This document shows positions 48,401-59,770 of a DNA stretch of 64,000 bases, piece by piece. Numbering within the stretch: the stretch's first letter is position 1; every line of letters begins with the position of its first letter. Under the pieces are notes generated by a model. It ran no database searches. It was not told where the DNA came from and was given only the letters and a program-made list of their open reading frames with translations. The position numbers and the translations under genes are program-made. The DNA comes from Marsupella aquatica (Eukaryota; Plantae; Marchantiophyta): the NCBI GenBank assembly GCA_973895155.1, contig OZ316891.1, positions 31,069,112 to 31,133,111 on the forward strand, in the 5' to 3' direction.

Positions 48401-48471
48401 AATTTTGCAGCATCCGAATTACTGGAGGTCTTGGTAGGTTTTCTTTTATTCGGTGGATCTCCCTCAGACAT
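45418..48471 (-). CDS. gag-protease of element E
   Basis: 1017-aa ORF, gag core, three CCHC knuckles, protease VDGGASVN...LLGRPWL. Confidence 0.95.
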   Translation of the reverse strand: MSEGDPPNKRKPTKTSSNSDAAKLVVTPRTLLPEFQSPGAPAPGSVGKQVGSIQEASGSLERPTSTRPLFVNLRSGPKLIGSQKTKLRQQTVRSVNQIDSGVDSTTERALSHTEGRNLGLPENTVAESLAQDNSVDLSQLDNPEPLSEAGGSSSSETSSSSGLGSPNPFATRSALPFVTLLAPTTMARNNVRYDRFFGTSKEDAEVYLKEFEAAAASNGQSQDAEKANLFGGLMKKGAQKWYDRFPDKQDWGKLKAAFLAKYKEEGAAARAFARISHLHMKKHGSVRKYADKLLDLVDQYNPATSKSTIKDWFINGLPSRIARYVRREGGTTLEEVQEAAQKYVDSEISERKRVKKDLKKDKRKKKKTSRSKSDSETESSGSSTSEEDESTNSSTSDSSSSSSDSESVAPKKKKSSVKGNNKVPNQKKMDRMMEELSGQLSKLNVNIAAVKPVRRLPAPMRMNVWCTRCSQQGHYPNECPTLRTPVNYVDGQEEAEEYEYDPTYTVQTAPPGQYFPPPPASRPTWGPPKPTFNKPTSRPPMGPPGGYPPRGMPCQKGACWNCGQPDHYSPQCPYPKQEVGYTPVCGNCGKEGHLPVECPNPAKPRLMVRFAQEPVKEASRPEAKIRMVYSEEMEQCSFIQHMDVNRVELKPDSLFHQPVSGVVPDVLVSHLVKPEVVGMPNDRVQNRDKVLTNIYATTRSKKKETKKHEHQKVAKAPKDEGRKPCKEGLDKEDDPAYDRYDPKYFLPDISLEVKDNLEELVKEQVQSPNPPVVVKAKEPLKNPGYDIVEDVKNHPAHITIGELLQDNPVYRRQLRSLLAGKRRKKKLPSVDVLRTEWEDKGPMEIEVQIQGCVIRRVPVDGGASVNLITQSAAFNLGFTKFEPTPKILRMADQSRVVPIGKLTKVETLIAGVPFLLDYVVINPEIPSSFPVLLGRPWLYKAQVQVNWQSQELSFGKPKVTVSWVPEPHFGETQTDDGYTSDFSTSSLVLQPLEFELEEVRYLEVYLSDAPIKTTRPS

Positions 48472-49665
48472 CCCTCATTCTCCAAGCACGGGTGATTTTG
48501 AGACACCAGACCCGCTCCTCAGGAGTCTTTATGCAAGGAGTCACCATTTAGGTGCGACGTTATCACCCCACTCCGGGAGATATGAACCTGCTTCCTCAAA
48601 GTGACTTCCCGTAGCGTCGTTCAACATCCCTTGCATGATTCCTCCCCCTTGCTATCCCGTAGCTAATACTTCCCTTCAGTGACCAGCCGAGATTCTAAAA
48701 CCTCGTTTTCTCTGGTGCGTCCTTCAGGTTGAGACGCGGAAAGGCACACCAGAAGCGTCGCGCACGTTGGTTCGTCACAGATTCCACCGGACGCTGCTCA
48801 CAGCGTCCACTGGGATCGGACGCTACTCGAAGCGTCCTGACTTGCGGAATCTTCTGGGACGAATCGCATTGGACGCTCTTCGCGGCGTCCTTCCTTATCT
48901 CCTTTACGGTGGCGATTACTGGAACCGGGCGTTCCCCATAATCTCCGACTTCCTTCACCCTGAAATTTCTTTACCACATGGTACGCTACACTAGGCCATC
49001 CTACTAATCAGACGTCTAACTCCTTCCTAATCTTCTACGCAATTCCTGGTGCATGATTCTTTCCGCTAACTCCCGAATGGAAATGACTAAATATCACTCC
49101 TGTGTGATCCTACCATTCAGCCTTAATATTACTAAATGCAAACTTTCATCTTCCCACCAGGTGATAGTTAACCAATGTATGCCATTCCTCCCTCTCAGGC
49201 TCAGAACCCAAGAATTAACATAACGATTCCTCAAATTCCTAATTCTTAATGTTCCCAAAGATCGGATAGGTGGCATCGGTCACACGAACCAGGATGGTTG
49301 GACAATTTTACAAATCATACGTCCCGAGCAACGTTAGAATAACTTCACTTGTCACTCAAAGTGTCTTTGGTGTCTTCGACTATCTCCAAAGCAACTTGAC
49401 GAGCAACAGCTCCTCTCTGTGAGGCCTTTTCTGGTGGGAGGGCGGTTTCTTCTCTTAAGTTTGGCACCACAAATTTTTCCAATACTCTTAAGAGAGCTTC
49501 CGGGGCGCTTTGGATAGAGTACGGCATCACCTCGAAATGGAAGCTCTTCATCTTTTTAACTGGAGTGATGACGCATCTTCACAATTATAGTAGAACGTGA
49601 ATTCCTCTCCCGTCTAGCTCCTTCTGGCATACACTGCCTGTACGTCAATTCAATCTTAAATTCGT

Positions 49666-49683
49666 TCCCCGGCAGCGGCGCCA
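49666..49683 (-). promoter_or_regulatory. Primer-binding site, tRNA-Asp(GUC)-type
   Basis: Minus strand TGGCGCCGCTGCCGGGGA 6 nt after the 5' LTR; near match to the plant tRNA-Asp 3' complement used by Athila elements. Confidence 0.85.
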
Positions 49684-49689
49684 AAAAGA

Positions 49690-51077
49690 TGTCGTATAGT
49701 GCTAAGTATCAAAAGTGACTCTCCTCACCTAAAACCAGGGTTTCGATCCCTTTAAGAACAGATTTCAGAATGAATTGTATAACTTTTATCACTCCGAGTG
49801 ATTTAGAGTCTTGAGCTCTATGTTGACTTCACTTCTCAATAAAAAAAATCGAATAAACAAACAACAAAGTAACTGAACTTCTGATTTATGAATTAGAGAA
49901 GAAATGAGTAAGGATTTAGAGACTACAAGCTACTGCCACTCCTTCAGAAAGGATTTGGGCTCAGTATAGACATGAAATCTATCTCATAATTCATCCATCT
50001 CACTCTTCAAAACACAAAGGTTAATGATAATGGAATTCTCAATCTGATGAAGCAGAAGCTTTCTGATTGCAAATGAATGATATGATTTAAAATGCCGTCA
50101 ACATGGTTTGACATCAGCGATACGCAATTCAGTCAAACTCTAAACCATATTCCAGAATCAAAGCAACAGTACTAACTACTCTGAGAATCAGAATTTACTT
50201 CTCATTTATCATTAACTATTCTTGAATTGGCTAGCGAATCCCGACTCTGCAAGCAAGCCTAGCAGTGAATTCAATACGAGTTTCAGAAATCTGCAACTGA
50301 ATTCAATCACCACAGGAATCTCTTGAATTCAATCTTAACTTCAATCAATATAGCTTTACTTCCATACAAAACACTCACAGCATGCCTTGTTACAATGGAA
50401 GGAGGAGAAAACTATTCAGAAGACTCAATTCTGAATACAGTATTAACTCTATTTCTCTCTACTTCAAATGAGCATTCTACTCTGTCTTATAAGTGCTGGA
50501 ATCCTAAAATGGAGGAGGTAAGAACAGTCGTGCCTTTCCAAGCTTAAAACTAAACAAGGGAGAAGCACAGCATAAGTACTTCAACAAGGGTGGTAGAATA
50601 CTACTTTACTAGTAATCTACTTCAAAAACTAAGTGTTGAGCGGACGCTGCTAGAAGCGTCGGGAGAATCTGGACGCTGCTAGAAGCGTCTTAAGTAAAAC
50701 CAACGGACGCTGCTCACACTGCTCACAGCGTCAATACTAGGGTGGACGCTGCTCACAGCGTCGTGTGTTGAAGCTGACGCTTTCCACAGCGTCGGTCGAA
50801 ATCCTCATAGAGTCTTGGTGGCGGTCGGGCACTGCCAAAAGCGTCATGAGGAGGTTGGACGCTTCCGCAGCGTCTTGAGTAAAAGAAACGGGCGCTGGTC
50901 ACAGCGTCGGGCAAAGTACACTAGGAATCGTCAGGAAAGCCGGAGATGTCAAATATTTCTATAAGTGTCCAGAACAAGTAAATGTTGGCCGGAAGGTGTC
51001 TAAAGTGTAAGTAAATCTTGTGATATGCTAAAAATAAACAAGTTTCCAGAAAAAATTGCAGGGACACCCATACCACA
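49690..51077 (-). repeat. 5' LTR of element E
   Basis: Copy of 37534-38921, followed on the minus strand by the PBS. Confidence 0.96.
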
Positions 51078-54000
51078 AACACTTTGGACACATGTTTTTG
51101 CGTTTACTTGAGACATGATGCACCTTTGGGGAAATCACTCCCAAGTCGTACGACTTTGGAGTGATTTGCCAAAAGTGCAACCATGGATGTATACCATCCC
51201 ATCCAAAGGCAAATAAAAGTTGTTTTTTGGTTCTCCAAGAGGTAGTGTTGCACCAATGGAATGGGCAAGGGAGTCGTGCTTCCTGGTATGGTGTGGGTGC
51301 GGGTTTAGAGAAGAGGAATATTCAGACCTTCCAAGGAATCTAAAGCAGGCTCTCTTTGGAGGTACTATGGCCCCCATTGGGTCATTTTTGCGCAAAGTTG
51401 TGTCATAAGTGCCAATGACTACAAATAGGGTCATTGAAATTGTCATTTAGGATGTCATATAAGTCAAATGACTGGACTTGTTGTCATTTGAAGGGTCCCT
51501 AGTGCAGTCATTGAAGACAAGCCTGAATGACCAATTTGGGGCTAAGGGCTGGAGATCGGCGCTAGAGTGCCATGTAGCCCCACATAGAGCTCGCAACCCC
51601 TCCACTATGTGCCAAATACTATATTTACGATTCTCCAACCACTAGTTGCATCATTAGCACTTTGGTCTCATTTCTGTGTTTACTTAAGGGATGATACAAT
51701 CTTGGGGAAATCACTCCCAAGTCATACAACTTTGGAGTGATTTGCCAAAAGTGTCACCATTGATGCATACCATCCTATCCAAAGGGAAATGAAGCCATTT
51801 TTTGTTTCTGCACGAAGTAGCGCAACACCACTCCACAAGGTGCGGGGTACTATACCCACTATTCTCCAACCACTAGTTGCACCATGAGCACTTTGGAGCC
51901 ATGTTTTTGCAATTACTTAAGGGATGATCCAACATTGGGGAAAATCACTCCCAAGTCATACAACTTTGGAGTGATTTGCCAAAAGTATCACCATGCATGC
52001 ATACCATCCGTTCCAAAGGCAAACAAATTATTTTTTTGTCTCTCCAAGAGAGATATAGTGCAATACTAGTGGAAGACTATGTCATTCTATATAACTATGT
52101 CATGTTTGTGCCGACATTTGGATTTTGGATATATTCTATTAAATTTCAAAGGAATTGTAAGGGGGCACTCTGAGAGGCAGTATACTCTTTATTGGGTCAT
52201 TTTCACATAATATCTGTCATTAATGCCAATGACTACAATAAGGGTCATCTTGGTAGTCATATTGGAGGTCATTTGGAGCAATTGACTGCATATGTGGTCA
52301 TTAATGAAAACACCTCAAATTAGGGTAATCTTGGTTGTCATACTAGAAGTCAAAAGTACCAAATGACTGGAAATGTGGTCTTTACAAAGGCTATTGGGGG
52401 GTTCTCTTTGGAGGTACAAGGGAGTTCATTGGGTCATTTGAATTAAATGGTGCTTCAATCTGAGGACTAAACATGGGGTCACTCACGCTGTCATATTGGA
52501 AACCATTAATGTTGGCATATTGGAGGTCATATAGTCATGGGAAGGCTCACTTGTTAATGCTTTGGTGTAATGCTCTCAAAAACTCTTAGACAACATAGCC
52601 TCATATGTAGTGGTCATGTAGCATGTAAGGGGCCCGTGAAGTGGGCCCTAGACGAGGGTGTTGGCAAGGGCATGTACAAAAGTACACATACTATACATAT
52701 GTCTATATGAAACTAATAGTTGCCCTATAAATGTGCTTGAGTCATGACTGAGGGTTTCTCTCGAGGTTTCTCTCAATTGAGTCACGAGTGGAAAGCTTTT
52801 AAATGCTAACATTTGGATGAGTATCACTATCATATGGTGAGACTAATAAGGTAGTCCAAAATTGTGTTCATGCATGCATATATTTTTGCAGACATAACCT
52901 ATCACTCAAAAACCATGGCCGGTACATAGTTAATTACACTAAAGTAATCCACAACACCCTCACCTCCCATGAAGGATTAATTTGTTTAAATGAGGGGCGG
53001 GTTATGGGTTTAGGGTCAATGTGATTTTGAGCCATAACTCTAGAGCACCAAGTTAGAAAACCAAGGTTTTCCCTTGGTCCAAAAGGACCTTTTATATTGC
53101 GGGCATCATTTTTTATATATAACATGCGTCCTTAACATTCTTGTTGGCACCTACACAAACGGCCATGACCTTTAGGGCTCTCTTTAAATTGGATATACCA
53201 TAACCTTCATTGGGTTTTTTGCAAACCAATAATGGAGAGGTATTAAGTTTATAACCTAGTGGAGAGGTATTAAATTGTCCAACCTAGTGGAGAGGTATTA
53301 GATTTTTGGCACCTACACAAGTGCCAACGGCTGAGATCACACCCTGGATCATACAATCAACATCGTGCTCCAATTCCCGCGTTCTTGTAGTAGGCCCTCG
53401 GAACAAAAGTGGTCGACAAATCTGCATTGGAGGTGCACAACGGCAAATGTCGAGTCGAGCACAAGTTGTGAAATGTAGGGTTTTTGTGGTTGAGGTGCAC
53501 GTTTTCATCAAAGGAATGTGGCGGTGGGCAATGTGCATGGAGTGCGGGGCGCTTTTGAGTTCAGCTGCGAGTTGAGACAGCTTTGTGGAGTGCGCACTCC
53601 GTTTCTTCCCACAAACTGTATCAGGGTGCTGCGCGCGGTCAGGGGAGTAGGAAAGCTTAGGGTGAGCCGGTAGGACTTGGGAGCTACTACCACGGAAGAG
53701 CTCCAATCCATTGTTGCAGTGTCGCGCAACATTGCGGAGCATTTGGCGTTAACGTTGGAGCTATATGTCTCAGAAAGCTGCAAAGGGCGACGACGTGCGA
53801 TCGATGATAACCAGTGGGTGAGGAGGAGACTTGGGACAATACATTACGAAGGAGCTGCGGGAGGCTACCTCAGCGAAGGGCGACAAGCTGTGATTGGTGA
53901 TAACCTGCGGGTCATAAGCTGCGAGCTCGGCTGCGAGGAGTGGTTTAGGGTTCATTGGGAAGGAGCTGCAAGCTATGATTGGGGATAACTAAGCTACAGA

Positions 54001-55937
54001 GGAGTGGTGGAGTTGCAGGAGGTCACATTGGTGGAGCTTCGAGAGGTCACAGCAGGCAGGATCTGCGGGAAGAGCTGCAGGAGGTCTCACCGTTCGTCAG
54101 CGTGCTGCGGGAGGTTACATCGGGAGCTACGGGAGGAGAAACGGGAGCTGCAAGAGGTTGTGCTCTTCTTCCCCTTCAATCTGGCTATGTTTCATAGTTT
54201 CAATTTACTCTTTCCTTTTGCCATGCTACCCCTGCCTTCTTGCTATGTTGCTCTATTGCTCTGTTTCTCCTCCTGCTTAGCATACATTTTTTGTGTCTGC
54301 TATGTTAAGTTCCGAACCCTTCGATTGCCACGAGACTATTACCTCAACCTCTCGGTCCCTCTCTAGAGCTCTCTCTGTGACTGCTCGAGGTTGCACCAGT
54401 TCTTCCGAGTTTTCCATTCTGTCTGCTGTTGATTTCCGACAGTCCCTATCAATTGTTTGATTGTCATTTTCCCTCTGAATGGTACTGCTTGAGTTCCAAC
54501 ACCAAATTGAACAAAAACGTGCTCATGTCCTTGGCAGGAGTTCTGCACGACCTTAGACAGTCGTCCCCTCTCATGTGGTGTGCATAAGTTGAAGTGGATA
54601 AATCTATAATTCTAAAAGCCACCTTCTGCCTGAACTTGTCACCAAAATTATGAGAACCTATTTTTCTAACAGTCCCTTCACATAAACCATGCCCTTTTCC
54701 ATGAGACCCAATTCTTGTTGGAGACGATCGATTTGTTCGTCATTGCCTTGGATTATAACATCAGTCGATCATTCATCATCAGCTACCACCAACTTTACTT
54801 ATATCTGCTCCTTTCGTGATGCTCTCGTCCAATAATAGAATCCTTTGAGTAAACGAATGAAGAATGTTGTTAGCACGGCATACAATAAGCATTGAGGCGT
54901 ACACGGGAAGGACAAGATTGACCCTGTTTAATGCTTGAGTGGGCCAGGATTGTTTCTGCCTGAGTGGAAGGCTGGTCTGTTTAATGCTGCCTAATTGAAC
55001 ATAGAATCTGCTAGTAAGCTCATGGAGTTTGGCAATGAATGTTTCATTGGCAATGTTTGTTGTGTTCGTTGTGTTCAGTGGGCCGGAATGTCTTACAAAA
55101 TTATACCCCACTGTCCACAGATCGAGTCCAAATGGAGAATTTGCCATCAAATGATTTTAGTCGTTTACTTCAAACAAATAAATTTTGTTACAGAGAATGA
55201 TCCAGAAGAAGTCTTGTCACATTAGGAGAGTACTAACCTTCCTAGACCTGACGCAACTTGGGATGGATCATCGCCTGGGTATCTCCCGCTTTAGACTCTG
55301 GGTAGAATTTCCCGATGCTATGCAGGGACAAGGTTAGAACTTTATTCACAGCCTTGACCCATGTTTACTTCATGCCTCTACATGATTTCATTGTGTGATT
55401 GTTTTGAAGTCGTAGCCGTGGTGAAAAGCTGGTCTATAAAAATCGAATTCAGGTTGCTGCTGTATATAAAGCGCAGCAGGATCCAAAACTAGAAAACTGT
55501 CCCAACAAATATTGTAGCTCTCACTACTTGAATATATAAATTATTTGCCCTGATCGGTCTTAGCCTGCTGCGCACAAGGCAGACAATGAAACAAGTCTGT
55601 CCATTTTAAAACTTGAGAACCAATGCTTTGCTGAAACTCAATTGCTATTTGTTCTGTGTTGCCCTTACAGATTTAAAAAAGGCAGGGTGAGTGAGCACTG
55701 CTGGACAGAAGGCGAAGGCATACAAGTTGCAATATTTGTGATTGCTTCCAATCATAGGCCAAGGTTATTTGCGTTGCTAAGTCCTAGTGCTTTGCCATCC
55801 ATAAAGCATTGGTTTATGCTGCTCCCTTGTGGTTACATGTCATATTTTATGCTGCACCCTCATTCTTTTGTGTCATGTTGCACCCTATTATTCCTTCTTG
55901 TTTCACAATCTGATGTAGGGTCTGAGTGTACAGGACC

Positions 55938-56593
55938 ATGGCTCGCAATAAGCAGAAGGCCATGAATCGTTGCAGAGGTGAATCCTCTCAAGCACCTCAA
56001 TTGGCCTTATATTCAGACATTGAGATTAACCAAAATAGTCCACATGTATGTGCGATTTGTGATGAGGGAGGGGATCTCATTGTTTGTGATGGGCCTTGCC
56101 ACCGACATTTCCATAAGAATGTTTCCTGTCCTTTGGGTCAGCAATGGCTATGCCCAACTATATCCCTGATGGCCATGTTGGAGAATGGCTTTGTGTTGAT
56201 TACAAGAATGATGAACATTCTTGCTTTAAGTGCCATGTGTCTGGAAAAATTGGTGAAGAGGTAAGAAAATGTCCAGACCCTCTCTGTGCCCTGTTTTACT
56301 ATCGGCAGTGTTTGGTTCCTGGCACAGCATCATGTGGACTCCATATTTGTCTTACTTGTGGACAGGGGCCCAATGATGGGGCTAATGGCTTTTTGGTTTA
56401 GTGCATGAGGTGTCCTAAGGCATGGCACAAGGACTGCCTGTTGTTTATCCAGCAGAGGGGATTTGCCCATGATCGAACAATTTGGGATCACTCAGCGCAT
56501 GGGCAGCCCAAGAAGGGGATGTTTTACTGTCCTGACCATGACATTGACCCTACACTAGGCACTCCTGCTAGGAGCCACATATCTTGGATTTGA
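55938..56593 (+). pseudogene. Stand-alone EDM2/NSD-type tandem PHD-finger gene (frameshift near 56155, stop at 56399)
   Basis: CAICDEGGDLIVCDGPCHRHFH; HSCFKC...EVRKC...C..FY...C; CGLHICLTC; CMRCPKAWHKDCL; YCPDHDIDPTLGTPARSHI follows the EDM2 PHD cluster through its YCxxHxIDxxLxTPxRxH end. Confidence 0.85.
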
Positions 56594-59500
56594 TTGAGGC
56601 TGGATGGAACACAAACTTGAGATAGAGCTTTTTGATGGTTTCACGCACTAGAAGAAACCGAGCCATTCTGAGACCCAGCCTTACATGACTTGTGTGAGAC
56701 CTTTGAAAATAAGTGACTCCAAGGTTTAGGGTGTCATCTTTGTTACATCTTCTTGACTCACTTTTGGTGAAGTTCTGGGAAGTCATGTATTTAACTATTG
56801 GGAAAGTTGCTTCTGTAACTGAGTTAAGGCAAGTATATTGAAGTTATATAAGTGACCATGACTTACATGATTTCCTTGCCCAATACATATGATTTTGGAT
56901 CCATCATATTAATCACATTATGTCATGCAATTATATATAGTTACCTCCCTTTGCTTTAACCATCACTGAGTTGCTCTTTATTGTTCCCCTGTAAGAAAGT
57001 ATACATGACATTTTTACCCTAATTGAAGTTTAGGTAAGTAGGGCAAATTTGTGATTCTAGCTAGACAAGAACCAACCAAATTTAAGTTAACATTCATGTA
57101 CACGGCCGCAACTGAGTTCAAAAAGGTGTGAAAATTTGTGCCATGCCCCCAAAAATAATGATGCACCCTAAACCCTAATACTCTACATACATAGTTACCT
57201 TAAAAAAGTCACCACAACCAATTAGTGGTACTTGTCACATACTGCTCACACACATATTAAAACTCACTTCATCCACTAACTCATTTTAAAAATTTGCTCT
57301 GCATATATACCCCATAATTAGCCAATATCAAATGGAACCCCCTTCATATGGGAATATTGAAGGGCCCAATTTAGGACCTCTTTTTCCTTAAGTGCACAAT
57401 GCAATGCCGTTGCATCAATTTCTCTATCGGAAGCCCTCTTCCAATGAACCATGTTGCGCAATTGCAAGTTGATACAACTGGCAATAGCTTTTGCCCTAAA
57501 CTTTTGACTGCCAAAAGCTTTTGTGGAGGGACTTGGAGAAAGAGAGAGTGCGCCCGCAAAGTGAGAGTCTTGTTGTTTCATGAGCGGGAAAGTTTTCACA
57601 CACTAGTAGAAACCGGGGCAATTTATATGTCAAGGCTAGGGGGTGGCTGGGTTTTCACTAAAGGGGGTTTAGGGGGGGTTTGATGTCAAGGGTCGGGGGT
57701 TGCATGTTAAGGGGATGGGGGTTTAGGGACCATTGGATCGTCGGCATCCATCCCCCCCGGTCCATTCTTCATCCATTTAACCCTCTTTTGCCAATGACTC
57801 CAAATGTCCAATGGGTTTTCAGAGGGTTTATGCTTGAGGAGGGTGAGTTTAAGGGTAGGTGTTGTTTTTTGCCATCTGGGTGACTTAGGATATTTATCTA
57901 ACCCAATGACTATACCCAAAATACCCAACTAAAATCCCCCCCCCCAAAAAAAATGCATGCACCCTTGGTCTTAGTTACCGTTTAATCCTAACTGTGAACT
58001 TACGTCTAAATGTGTTAGGTGCTTGCAGAATGCCTATGAACGAGTCCTTCCAGTCGACTCAATGTTTAGGGTAAACGGATTTTGTAAAGGAAAATTGCAC
58101 AAAGTGTCGACGGCTACCACCAGGGTTTTCCTTCATGTTTCTGCAAGGGAATCCAAGGCCAAACACTTTGCGCCCGATAATGCACTTTTCCTCAGTTGCT
58201 CTCGACTCTTGCACCTGATCGCACTCAGTCAATACATTTAGCGCTTTTGGAGGTGGGATTTCATGTCATTGCGTAGGGCTTGGAGCTTCGACCTTTGCTA
58301 TATGACCCATTGTCGACTGCAATCTCACTATAGGGTTTAGGTGGGCCCTAAATCTTACATTCGTCTTTCCTGTGGTGACAACGCGGGTGCTAAGGTGTAT
58401 AGGAGCAAGGTTGTCGGGAGGTTTATCGCAGATGACTGGCGATTGGTGAGGCCTATTTGCATTCATCTCCACTATCATTGGGTACCCGAGATACAACGAT
58501 CGACCTTCTATACAGAGGCGAGGAAGTGACGAGAACCTACAACTCTTTGCGGGAATGCGTGGTCTTCTGCTTACCTGATTGCCCTCATGCTTGACTGTAA
58601 ATACATTAGTAAAGTTTTGCTTTGGCTCAACTTTGGTCTTTTTTGGCCTTGCGTGACTGCGCTCACTTCTCTCAGTTTCCAGTGTGTAGTTGGCTAAAGA
58701 CCTGGATGTCATGCTGTGAGCGCAAGCTGCTAGTAGTTGTCCATAGCTTGGGGAAAGCGGTGGGGACTGAGGCCACAAAGGAGTTTGACCTGCGCTTTTT
58801 TTTCTTTGCAGCAAGAGCGAGAGTGAGACGAGTTGCAAATTGAGTTTCATTGAGCTGCTGCCCTGGGCTTGGCGGAGGTCCTACACTCTTGTGTCGCTCA
58901 CTTGTTCAGCTACGGTGGGAGCGGGCTTTTGGTAGTGACCTGTTCAGTTGCAGTGGGAGCTGACAACTTTGGTGGCTGTGGTGTTGAGCTTCTGAGGAGG
59001 GCAAGCAACTGCGTGATGTGCCCTTGAGTGAATGTCTCTTGGAGGAGCTGCGAAGTGGTGAAAGGGGAAGGAGGTGAGCTCGGGCCTGGAAGCAATGTGC
59101 TTCTCCAACATTTTTGCACAATGCAATGCTGCTCAATCGTTTATCCTTCCTCTAAAGCTGAGTGTGACGCATCGACCTTTGACGGGAGTATCTGCATTAT
59201 AGTTTGCTACATACGGCTGCTCTCTGTGTGGCAATCGCCAATAGCTAGCGCAATGGAGGGTTCGACGTCAACTTTGAGTCATTGATCAGTGCACACTACA
59301 TCGCTCTCCCTTTGCTAAACCCTTTCTTTTGGCTTGGTTCTTGGTGCCTTTGGCATAGGAGCGACGTTATTGCTAATCAACTCCCGAATCAACTTTGGAG
59401 GTGCGGGTTAGAAGGGGTTGGAGAGAGGAGGTCCAAACCGAGAATGCCCTTCACCGTCAACGGTTTCTACTAGTCCCGGCCATGCAGCTGAAAGTGCGCT

Positions 59501-59639
59501 TCTTTCAGGTGTCGTAGCATTCTGCCAGCCGGGTGCTTGGACTGCAGAGAAGAGCAGCCACAGTCATTCAGTTCTTCTCCTAGCTCAGCTGCGCATTGTC
59601 AACCATCGAGCGCTGTTGCGCGCTAGCTGTGAACCCCAA

Positions 59640-59770
59640 GAGGAGCTGCGACAAGGAGGAGATGCAACCAAGAGGAGATGCGACGAAGAGGAGATGCGAC
59701 GAAGAGGAGATGCGACGAAGAGGAGATGCGACGAAGAGGAGATGCGACGAAGAGGAGATGCGACCAAGAG
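59640..59770. repeat. 16-bp minisatellite (GAGATGCGACGAAGAG), 5 perfect plus ~3 degenerate units
   Basis: Direct inspection. Confidence 0.9.

Larger units (their letters stand above)
37534..51077 (-). mobile_element. Intact, very young gypsy non-chromovirus (Athila/Tat-related, no extra RNaseH, no chromodomain) LTR retrotransposon E
   Basis: 1388-bp LTRs almost identical, TSD AACAC (37529-37533 / 51078-51082), PBS, PPT, uninterrupted ORFs. Confidence 0.96.
36310..52250. repeat. ~580-bp tandem repeat, 4-5 diverged copies, split by element E
   Basis: Landmark ccctccact.ggtgcgggacac...ccactagttgc at ~36311, 36892, 37471, 51597, 51830; ggggaaatcactcccaagtc recurs in each unit. Confidence 0.8.
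35397..52550. mobile_element. Second CACTA-type element: terminus plus long subterminal repeat region (far end not found)
   Basis: CACTAGAAGAAAA at 35397 followed by dense AATGAC/GTCATT motifs that persist to ~52500 on both sides of element E. Confidence 0.65.

Noticed and set aside
53284-54366. Cluster of overlapping ORFs in a GC-richer stretch
   Set aside because: No recognisable motifs; GAGCT-rich low-complexity sequence, possibly a 5' UTR/promoter region
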